This document shows positions 1 through 7,969 of a stretch of 64,000 bases of DNA, one piece after another. Origin of the DNA: Candidatus Krumholzibacteriia bacterium (lineage in GTDB: Bacteria > Krumholzibacteriota > Krumholzibacteriia > JAJRXK01); contig JBGPIA010000012.1 in assembly GCA_041484665.1 (NCBI GenBank), positions 1 to 64,000 on the forward strand. Direction: 5' to 3'. Made by a program: the position numbers and the translations under genes. The notes under the pieces are model-generated. The model saw nothing but the letters and a program-made list of their open reading frames with translations. It had not been told where the DNA came from and did no database searches. How positions within the stretch are numbered: position 1 is the stretch's first letter; the number at the start of each line of letters is the position of its first letter.

Positions 1-79
1 CCATCATCCGGCGTGCACGTTCGTTGAGATGAGGCCAGATGAGGGCGAACTTCCGCTCGAGTGCGCTGAGGGTTCCCAT
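1..79 (-). CDS. Transposase, ISAzo13 family (5' part only; truncated by window edge)
   Basis: Hand translation from ATG at 79: MGTLSALERKFALIWPHLNERARRMM. Not in the ORF track because it is cut by the edge. Confidence 0.6.
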   Translation of the reverse strand, partial: MGTLSALERKFALIWPHLNERARRMM

Positions 80-87
80 GGATCCAA

Positions 88-116
88 AGCATATGCCAAC
101 CGCTCCTGGTTGTCAA
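88..116 (-). promoter_or_regulatory. sigma70-type promoter of the transposase
   Basis: TTGACA (116-111), 17-bp spacer, TATGCT (93-88), 8 nt upstream of the ATG. Confidence 0.7.
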
Positions 117-154
117 CGTTATTCATTGACGGGTCCTAAGTTTAGCTCACCCTC

Positions 155-1630
155 CTACTGCGCGTTGAGCATCGCCTGCAGTCGTGTCGCGAGTTCCGCC
201 CCATCCAACCGCTGCTCCGCAGGGAGCCGCCCCACGAGTTGGTGCATGAAGAACGCCGGCGCCGGCGGATGGTCGTCCCAATGGACGCCGCGCGGATAGG
301 CCAGATACACGTCCCACGCCGGCTCCGCCGCGAGGCCAATGGGCTTCTGGAACATCTCGCCAACTGATTGCGAAGGCACCCAGAAGTGTCGCACGCGTGG
401 GTCGGGCAGCAGCACGGTGGCCTTCCCGGCGGCAGCCTCGTTATCAGTGCGAAGAATCGGCTCCCACACCGCGTACACCACCAGATCGCCGTGATCGATT
501 TGCTTCAGGACCTTGTCCAGTACCTCACGGGCACCGCGCTGGCAACCCGGTCAAGTCGGAGCCAGCAGCAGCAGCAGTCGGACCTTGTCCTTGTCGCGAT
601 TGAACGCCGCCCGTAGTTCGTCCGCGTCATCGGAGAGCGGTGCGACGAGGGACCGACCAACCGCCGCGGTCTCGATCTCTACGAGCTGCTTCGAGAGCCC
701 GGGCCCGCCCACGCGCTGGAACGTCAGCGGCCGCTCCACTTCGTCGTCCGGTGCCTTGCACATCCCCCGCAGCCATACGCCATCCGCAGAGAGCGCCCCG
801 CGGAAGCCCGCGTCGATGACGGCGAAATGCAGCTCAACGGTCGAATCCTGCAGCACCACTTCGACCGGATAGTCTTCGACGTCGAACTCCGGAACGTCCA
901 GCTCGCCGACCCAGCGTGTCCCAATCTGGCCGAGGTCGACGAGGACCTCGATCTGCTGGCCGTCGCCGCTCGTGTACGTGCCCTTCCACTCGCCGGCCAG
1001 TCCGTGACCGGAACGCTCCGCCGCAGGCTCCACCAGGGAATACCCAGCGCTTGAGATGGCGAGTGCGAGCGCGCGGCGCGACGGTGGAGAAGCTGAGGCG
1101 ATGGTCACCGTTGCCTGGCGTTGCTCGAAGCTGGCATCGGCCCGTACCACCCCAGGAACGGCGCCCAGGGCCGTTTCGATGGCGGCCTCGCACCCCGCGC
1201 ACGTCATGCCTGAGACGGCCAGCGTCCAGTCCTGAGTCCCGGAATCGCTTGCGGCTGCCACAGTCGATGGCTTGGCACCGAACAGGCGTCCCACGTAGCT
1301 GGGGAAGAACGCGAAGGCCAGGACGATGGCTGTGGAGATCCACAGCACGGTACGGTTGAGCTGTGCCAACCTGCTGCCGCGAAGTGTCGCGCAGGCGCTG
1401 CCGGGCGCGCATGCCTCTGGCTGCTTCGCGCGCCGGTGGTTCAAGTAGAAGCCGACAGCCAACAGCCCGAACGTGGCACCCAGCAAAAGCGGCCGGAAGC
1501 GTTCGACCAACATGGCGACTCTCCCGACGGACGCGCCGAGCCCCACCAGCAAGAGTGGCAGCCAGCAGCACGCCGACGAGGCAAGGGCCGAGGCAACCGC
1601 ACCGATGCTGGCGAGCACACGCGCGTTCAT
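155..1630 (-). CDS. Selenoprotein fusion: MerT-like mercury transporter + HMA/MerP domain + small beta domain + thioredoxin-like domain with UxxC (Sec at codon 360, TGA 551-553); ~491 aa
   Basis: ORFs 551..1714 and 155..481 are in the same frame and separated only by TGA. Read-through gives RLLLLLAPT-U-PGCQRGAREVL..VYAVWEPIL..AWDVYLAY..FFMHQL. The N-terminus has a MerT-like ASSACCWLP, a second Cys pair (EACAPGSAC) and three hydrophobic helices; HMA motif GMTCAGC. ATG at 1630 overlaps the upstream stop. Confidence 0.85.
517..542 (-). promoter_or_regulatory. Candidate bacterial SECIS hairpin
   Basis: Just 3' of the UGA: CCAGCGCGGUGCCC-GUGA-GGUACUGG. The upper stem GGUG(C)CC/GGUACU closes a GU-containing loop about 23 nt after the UGA. 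Confidence 0.55.
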
Positions 1631-1938
1631 GGCGTTCCCCGCTGGATGGCGTTCCGGATGGCCTCCTTGTCGGGGACGCCGGCCAGGCCCGCGCTCGTCG
1701 GGTACACGCGGCAACGCAGGACGTACGGTCCTGCGCCCTCCTCGGGCACGACGTCGCGTCCGTCGATACGGATCGAAGGAGACCCGAGGAACCGCACGCG
1801 GGCGGCCATCTCGTCGTCGCGAGCGGCGATCCGTTCGATCGGCGCGGTCTCCCCGAGGTCCGCCAGGGCCTCGCGGACGCGCCGCTCGGCTTCGTCGTGA
1901 TTGGGGCAGCCATCGAAATAGAGGATCTCGAGTTTCAT
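1627..1938 (-). CDS. Small thioredoxin-fold protein (DUF2703-like) typical of mer/heavy-metal operons
   Basis: MKLEILYFDGCPNH..FLGSPSIRIDGRD..LRCRVY motifs; translationally coupled to both neighbours. Confidence 0.8.
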   Translation of the reverse strand: MKLEILYFDGCPNHDEAERRVREALADLGETAPIERIAARDDEMAARVRFLGSPSIRIDGRDVVPEEGAGPYVLRCRVYPTSAGLAGVPDKEAIRNAIQRGTP

Positions 1939-2339
1939 GGCTCCTTCTCCAGCGCTTCCAGGATTGGGCAGTCGCGCGTCGGCCGCCTCGTTTCGCAGGC
2001 CGCCACCAGCTTTGTCAGGACCCGCTCCATGCGGCCGAGCGCACGCCTTTTCTGGCGGATGTCGGCGAGCTTTGTGCTGGCTCGGAGTTTGACGTCACCA
2101 CACGAGCGCTTGGGGTCGACGCGCAGCGAGAGCAGCTCGGCAATCTCATTCAGGGAGAACCCAAGTTCCTTGGCGCTGCGGATGAATCGGATGCGCTCGA
2201 CGGCATCGACATGGTAGTCGCGGTAGCCGGAAAGCCGGCGCGGCGGGCGCTCGATCAAGCCCTTGCGCTCGTAGAAGCGGATCGTCTCCACGCCGATCCC
2301 GGCCCGCGCGGCAAGCCTTCCGATGGTGAGTCGCTCCAT
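1935..2339 (-). CDS. merR: MerR-family heavy-metal-responsive regulator with an Hg(II)-type Cys triad
   Basis: LTIGRLAARAGIGVETIRFYERKGLI..SGYRDY HTH; Cys in KRSCGDV, AACE and DCPILEAL; GGAGG RBS before ATG 2339. Confidence 0.85.
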   Translation of the reverse strand: MERLTIGRLAARAGIGVETIRFYERKGLIERPPRRLSGYRDYHVDAVERIRFIRSAKELGFSLNEIAELLSLRVDPKRSCGDVKLRASTKLADIRQKRRALGRMERVLTKLVAACETRRPTRDCPILEALEKEP

Positions 2340-2359
2340 GACGGCCTCCGTCAAGCTAC

Positions 2360-2391
2360 AGGGTAGAGCCTGTACCATACTACGGGGTCAA
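2360..2391 (-). promoter_or_regulatory. MerR-type promoter/operator with a long spacer
   Basis: TTGACC, 20-bp spacer, TACCCT. The dyad CCCGTAG-TATG-GTACAGG starts at the -35 box and resembles the mer operator TCCGTAC-N4-GTACGGA. Confidence 0.75.
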
Positions 2392-2582
2392 GGGCGCCGT
2401 TCCGGTGTGGCATGGGCGGACCAGCCTCCGCCGCGCGGCCGCCGAAGTTGGTGAGGTAGGCGGCTCGACGGAGCGGGGCGCAGGCGCCAAGGCGGCTGAC
2501 TACCGCCCGCGCGATCGAGCGGGGACTGGTGCCATTCAACAGCCACCCCCTCCCGAGTTGTCAACCTCCGAACCGAGAGCCG

Positions 2583-2626
2583 TGTCGAGTAGCCCCGGCC
2601 GGTTGCCCGGCCGGGGCTACTCGACA
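2583..2626. repeat. Perfect 20-bp inverted repeat with a 4-nt loop, resembling group II intron domain VI/3' end
   Basis: TGTCGAGTAGCCCCGGCCGG-TTGC-CCGGCCGGGGCTACTCGACA. The loop is GCAA on the minus strand, and both strands end in GGGGCTACTCGAC. Confidence 0.85.
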
Positions 2627-3142
2627 ACGGTTGCTTGACACCTGCATGCCCGTCGGGGTCAGCGCGAAGATCCCGCTGTCGCATGTCCGAAACGTTGCAG
2701 AACGGACGGAGGCGCTTCCGAAGGCGAATAGTCCGTGCCATGCGTTCTCGACGGTCAGTGACTCCACTGTGAGATGCGTTAGCTCCCTGACCATCGCGAT
2801 TCCCCTAAGATCCACTGCGCTCCCGTCGAATTGCGCCGGACCGACGACCACCGCGTTGCAGTCAGTCCCGATCAGCACGAGGCTGTCGACCTTCACGGCC
2901 GCGCGCGTCTCGGCGGTCCAGCCCACCGTTGTGAATGGCGCGTTTTCGTCGTATCGCCCGGGCCCGATGCACACTGTGTCGCCGCGGGCTGCGGCGTCCA
3001 GGGCCGGCTGGAGAGTGGTGAAGTCCCCCGATCGATCGCGCTCGACTCGCGATGTGCGCACTTCGTCAGCCATGGACAAGGCGCATGCCAGCACCAAGGC
3101 CAGGGCGGGGCACGCCGCTACAGTCGATCTCGACCATCTCAG
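2627..3142 (-). pseudogene. Truncated secreted right-handed beta-helix (pectin-lyase-like) protein
   Basis: Signal-like ALALVLACALS, then cap motif DRSGDFTTLQPALDAAARGDTVCIGPGRYDE and beta-helix-like repeats. No canonical start codon precedes the signal, and the reading is cut at the palindrome. Confidence 0.6.
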
Positions 3143-3470
3143 GGAAGACCACCCCGTTTCGAGATCGGCGCCTGGGCTACTCCTCAAGTATGCGCCCCGT
3201 GCTGGCTGGGGCCAAGCCGGCCGTCGCAGGCGCGCAGCCCGTGGGGACCGACCGTGGGCCTCTGATTCCGGTGTCTTTCCGCCACCGGTCCGCGTATGCT
3301 CCAGCCGTCCTGCTCTGGCAACGGAGAGCTGGCTGGCCCCGACCCCACGGCCCGCGGTGCGAATCGCGGATGCGAGCCGGCGCTGCAAAGGTCCCTGCCG
3401 CGATCGCGCGGCTGCCCACTCCACGCCCATCCCGGCGCGCGCCTTGTGCCGGGTCCAGAAGGAGGATCCT

Positions 3471-4283
3471 ATGTCATCGCATCGCTATTTCGTCTTGGGT
3501 TCGCTGGCGCTGGTCCTGGCGCTGACGCCGAGTGCTGCGCTTGCCGACGACGTCCTCGCGGGCTACGATCTCTTCACGAGCCCTGCTCCCAACTCCTATC
3601 AGAGTTTCGAAGGCTCCCCGATACCGGCGGACTTCTTCGACCCCGGCTCCTCTCAGTTTTCCCGCTCCATCCTGCTCGGGGGTCAACCGCTCGGCAATCA
3701 TCCGAGCTGCCCTTCGGACAATCTCTCGGCGGTGGACACAATCGTACGGAGGTTGAGCACGGCGGTCCTGCCCACGGACCCTTCGACCGATACGATCCCC
3801 ATCGAGATCGTCGCGCTGTCACTGGTGAGCGTGAACCCGATCACCGTGTTCTACGACACGGGCGCGGACCCGGAGTTGTGGAACGTGAGCGTGGATCTTT
3901 CAGCATTGGCGCCTCAACCGATCGGCACGATGACCATCTCCCACACGGCGCCGAGCGGCGGCACATTCGACTCCATCTTGCCAGTCATCCCACGCTTCAC
4001 GTTCACGCGTATCAGTGATTCGGCAGTGCGCGTGCTCGACCTCGGGTGCTGTGCGGGGGTCACCCAGTTCGCGGCGTTTGAAGTTCCCTGGGTGTACAGC
4101 ACCGCGCCCGGTGGATCGTGCACTTCGAACTTCTGCGTGAATCCCGGCCAGCTCACGGGCTACACCGGCGCGGGCTCGCTGGCCACGCATGGCGTCATTT
4201 CGGTCTGCCCGGAGAGTCCCGTCTCCGCGCCACCATCTTCGTGGGGAACGGTGAAGAGGATGTACCAGGACTCGACGCGGTAA
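3471..4283 (+). CDS. Secreted hypothetical protein with C-terminal SWGTVKRMY tail
   Basis: GGAGG RBS, ATG 3471, signal peptide (..PSAALA/DD); DTIPIEIVALSLVSVNPITV domain; ends PVSAPPSSWGTVKRMYQDSTR. Confidence 0.85.
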   Translation: MSSHRYFVLGSLALVLALTPSAALADDVLAGYDLFTSPAPNSYQSFEGSPIPADFFDPGSSQFSRSILLGGQPLGNHPSCPSDNLSAVDTIVRRLSTAVLPTDPSTDTIPIEIVALSLVSVNPITVFYDTGADPELWNVSVDLSALAPQPIGTMTISHTAPSGGTFDSILPVIPRFTFTRISDSAVRVLDLGCCAGVTQFAAFEVPWVYSTAPGGSCTSNFCVNPGQLTGYTGAGSLATHGVISVCPESPVSAPPSSWGTVKRMYQDSTR

Positions 4284-4349
4284 GACGGCGTGCGCCCACT
4301 GTCTGGTGACAACCGCTGATACCCTCGCGACTCGTGATAAACAGGAGGG

Positions 4350-4395
4350 AACCCCCTTTGGCGGCTTCGATCAAGCTCGCCGAGGGGGGTTTTTC
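4350..4395 (+). terminator. Probable intrinsic terminator
   Basis: AACCCCCTTTGGCG..CGCCGAGGGGGGTT stem followed by a T run, downstream of 3471..4283. Confidence 0.6.
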
Positions 4396-4499
4396 CTTGC
4401 CCATCGCCAACCGAGATCAAAAAGCCCGGACCTGCCCATCACAGAGCGTGAACGGTCTCAACAGCGCGAGGGCTATCGTCGATGCGCAGGGCGAGAATC

Positions 4500-4570
4500 G
4501 CCGATAGCTGTACCAGCCCAGGTACCGCACCAGCTACTCCAGCGGAGACGGGATCTGCCGCACGAGCCCT
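4500..4570 (-). pseudogene. Relic of an IS91-like (Y2) transposase C-terminal motif
   Basis: Minus strand reads GLVRQIPSPLE*LVRYLGWYSYR, resembling the HIPxxxxQLVRYYGWYSNR motif with one stop. Confidence 0.4.
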
Positions 4571-5064
4571 GACTGGTCGCAATCCGTCCCATCATCGGAA
4601 AGTCGCTTTGAGCGCGGAAGAGGTTCGGGGTATTGGCGGGACCGAGGTTAGATGAAGGTGGAATGCATTGCAGATGAGGTCTTGCGCCCCACAACAGGTG
4701 GGCGTGCCAGTTGTGCAGGAGTCGCCTCGACCAGGAGACGGAGTCTGCGTCAACCAGCGGGGCCTCGGAGTTCGAGGCTGGAACGGATGGCTCCCCGGGT
4801 GGGACGCTGCTCGAAGTGTTCTCAGTTCGGTGGGTGAGCGCCATCGATGAGCAGGCTGTCAAACGGCCACACGGGTGCGCGGAGCGGGCCATCGGCACCA
4901 TCCGCGCGTTCCCAGGCGGTCATCGGTGGGGAATGTGTTCGCCTCGCGTTCCCCAGACGTAGGTAGAGAGTGATGGCCCCGGCAGTGGCCGGCCATCTTG
5001 GACCGGACTCCCCTACTCCGCGCCCCTCAGAGACCACGGAACCGATCCCACGGAGGTGTCCGCC

Positions 5065-6198
5065 ATGAAGACTCTGATCAGAACATCTCGCTGGATGGCT
5101 GTCGTGCTCTTTGGTGCAGCCCCGGTTCTTTCGGCCCCTCTCGGGACTGGGTTCACCTATCAGGGGCAGCTCATCCTGAGTGGCAGCCCCGTCAACGGAA
5201 CCGCGAATCTGCGGTTCAGCCTGTGGGACGCCGCGGGCAGCGGCTCGCCCCCGGTGGGCGGGACTCAGATCGGCACGAGCCAGCCCCTGGCAAACGTTCC
5301 GGTGGCAAACGGTCTGTTCGTCGTGCAACTAAACGAGGCCGGCGCGTTCGGGCCGAGCGCGTTCAACGGGGACGCGCGCTGACTCCAGATCGACGTGTGC
5401 GCGGATCCGACATGCACGACGCCGACCATGCTCAGTCCGCGCCAGCCGGTCACCGCGACGCCGTATTCACGGTTCGCCGCCGGTCCCTGGCAGACGAGCG
5501 CTGGCAACGTGTTTTTCTCCGGCGGCAACGTAGGCATCGGTACGACGTCGCCTGGATTGCCTCTCGACGTTCGGAACAATGACGCCACTGACGTGCTCAA
5601 GCTTCAGAACTCAAGGGCGAGCGGTTGGTCATCTTTCGGTGCCTACGACAACAGCGGTGAGGGGAAGGCAAGCTTTGGATTCGGCAATCCTTCCTCGTCT
5701 CTTCCCGCGCTGGTGGGCCGAGGGTTCTGCTTCACACGAGTTGGAGTTGATTTCGTGACCAGTCATGGTTTTGGCGCTACGTACTTTACTTCGGCCGGCA
5801 ACGTTGGCATCGGCACCACCGCTCCTGCGGCAAAGCTGGACGTCCGCGGTGACGTCAAGCTGGGAAGCAGCGGACAGTACTACGCTACCGGCGGCGAGGA
5901 GAACCTGCGCATGATGCGTGGCGAAGTAAACGCGAACGGGAACGCCCCGATTGGGTGCTGCTACTCGGTGGCCCATCCGAGCACCGGTGTCTATGACATC
6001 ACGTACACCACGTCATTTGCCGACGTGCCAGTCATCACCGTCCAGCCGATAAATGGCAATGAGGTAGGTGCTGTCATTGTCGGCTTTGGCCCTCTTTCGA
6101 CTCCAACTGCCTCTGCCTGCAGAGTGATACTGTACGCGACCGGTACATTGAACAGTGTTAATCGCGATTGTTATTTCATTGCCATGGGACCGCGATAG
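5065..6198 (+). pseudogene. Secreted tail-fibre-like protein (FTYQG N-domain, GNVGIGT repeats, lectin/gp53-like tip) interrupted by an in-frame TGA at 5380-5382
   Basis: GGAGG RBS, signal peptide, GTGFTYQGQL. ORFs 5056..5382 and 5395..6198 share a frame. FNGDAR*LQI aligns with FDGNERWLEV of the paralogue at 61530..62999. Confidence 0.75.
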
Positions 6199-6303
6199 CG
6201 GGCCGCAATCTCGCTACGCCTGCGTTTCGCCCCCCGTTCGCGTTGCGCGGACGCGGGCGAATGGAGCCATTGCGAAGGAGAGAGCCATGAGAAAGTGGGA
6301 TCG

Positions 6304-7866
6304 TGAAATGTGGGCATCACGCCTCGGGGGCGGTGCGCTCCGAAGCGCGGCGTGCAAAGGGGAAAAGGCGAGTTTTGTCCGGGTGCAGGGTCAGTGCGAA
6401 GCGCCCCATCCGCTTGGGCAGCACCGCTAGCACGCGCTCCGCGTCGCCCCGTCGTTCGAGTCCGATCACGAAATCGTCCGCGTACCGGATCAGGCAAGCC
6501 CTCCCCCGGAGTCGTGGCCGGACCTCGCGCTCAAACCACAGGTCGAGCACGTGGTGCAGATAGACGTTGCCGAGGAGCGGTGAGAGCACCGACCCCTGGG
6601 CTGTGCCCTGGTCCGGCTCGGAGTACTCCTCGCGGTCAAGCACGCCCACGTGCAAGCATTTGCCTACGAGCCGCAGGAGCGATTCGTCGGCCACCTGAGT
6701 CCTCAGCATCTCCATCAGCTTGGCGCGGACCAAGCTGTCGAACAAGGAGACGAGATCCGCCTCGATGATCCAGTTCGCCGCGCCCTGGTACACCGCTCGG
6801 TCGAGGGCTCGCAGTGCATGGTGTGCACTCCGTGCCGGCCGGAAGCCGTACGAGCAATCTAAGAAGTCCTGCTCGTAGATCGCTTCCAACACCTCGCGTA
6901 CGGCGTCTTGGACAATCTTGTCCTCGACCGTCGAGATGCCGATCGGCCGCGTCTTGCCCTCGCCCTTGGGGATGTGCACTCGTCGGATCGGCTGGTGCCG
7001 CCATCGCCTCGACTTCAGCCGCTCGTGCAAGTCTTGGAGTCTCTGCTCCAGGCCCTGCCCGTATTCCGCCTTCGTGACGCCATCCACCCCCACCGCTGCG
7101 TCGTTCCGCAGACGGCGGTGGGCCCGTTGCAGGGCCGGCACATCGATCCGATGCGCCAGCGAAAGGACCCTCCCGTCGGGTTCTCTTCGCGCTCGTTCCA
7201 CTACCTTTTGAAGTCCCGTTGACACGCGTTCCGATGTCTTGGCATCGCGCATGTTCCCCTCCAAAAGTTCACGCCAGCACGGACACGCCTTCGCTCGGCT
7301 GGGTCGAGGTGCCTGTCTCTTCCCCAGCGTCAACGCTCGTATGCGGTCCTCCGACTCCCTCGTCCCCATCGGCCGCCGCTCTGGTCATCCCTTGCCGGCG
7401 ACCTACCACCGGATAGGTGCTTGTTCTTAGCCCCGACGCGGGTGCGCCTACAAACCCACGCCAAGTCGGAGGTTGGTCACCGGGCCTCCGTCGCCCCGGT
7501 CTGTTCGGGTGGAGGTAGAGGGTCTCCCAGGTTGCTGGGCCGTCCTGTTCGAGCGTGCCGCGATTCCAAACCCCGTCCGTTGCGTCTCCCTCTGGCCCCT
7601 CGATCGAGAGAGTCGCTGCTGCCTTCGAGACCTCGAACGCTCTCGGCTCCGGACACCCAACACTTTCGGGGCTAACTCACGCGGCCCACTTGCTCGCGCG
7701 CCTACGCATCGCCAGGTCCGTTACCGGCCCTGGCGCAAGGCTCGCTACCGGTCTGCTGGGCTCCAGCTTTGACCGGGCGGGTTTCGCACCCGCGGGACGA
7801 CAAACAAGATTTCCAGGAACTTCCGCTGTGCTCCTTTCCTTCTTGACCAACCTTGCCTGGTCGCAC
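6304..7866 (-). mobile_element. Group II intron, 5' end intact, 3'-truncated
   Basis: Begins GTGCGACCAGG at 7866 (GUGYG consensus), has a ~610-nt structured leader and then an RT ORF. I see no domain V/VI downstream of the ORF. Confidence 0.85.
6317..7252 (-). pseudogene. ltrA: Group II intron reverse transcriptase/maturase lacking the thumb/X domain
   Basis: AAVGVDGVT, RRVHIPKGEGKTRPIGI, SYGFRP, GTAQGSVLSPLLGNVYL, RYADDFV, LHPDKTRL; GGAGG RBS before ATG 7252. Terminates before the expected FDFLGF motif. Confidence 0.85.
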
Positions 7867-7969
7867 TCGAGGAGCGTTGTGGACGGGGGCCGGATGACGA
7901 CCTCGGAATCGGGTGGCAGCCTCTCGATGTCTCGGTTTCTGCCTTCGGGATGGCTGGGCGTTCAACACC

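Larger units (their letters stand above)
1..138 (-). mobile_element. Left end of an ISAzo13-family-like insertion sequence, running off the window edge
   Basis: Minus strand reads TAGGACCCGTCAATGAATAA (terminal-IR-like), then a promoter, then an ORF MGTLSALERKFALIWPHLNERARRMM that resembles the N-terminus of ISAzo13 transposases (..PHLDERQRRL..). Confidence 0.65.

Noticed and set aside
2529..3470. 5' extension of ORF 2529..4283
   Set aside because: The real start is ATG 3471 with a GGAGG RBS and signal peptide; the upstream part is antisense to the beta-helix relic.
5380..5382. Selenocysteine at the second in-frame TGA
   Set aside because: It aligns with Trp in the paralogue and is not in a redox motif.
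551..5382. Alternative genetic code with UGA as a sense codon
   Set aside because: Many conserved genes here (atpA, atpC, atpE, permeases) end properly at TGA, and Trp is encoded by TGG.
5065..7866. Diversity-generating retroelement (RT next to a fibre gene with a variable tip)
   Set aside because: The RT has group II intron motifs (QGSVLSPLLGN, YADD) and a GTGCG ribozyme 5' end rather than the DGR-type GxxxSQ motif. I found no template/variable repeat pair differing at adenines.
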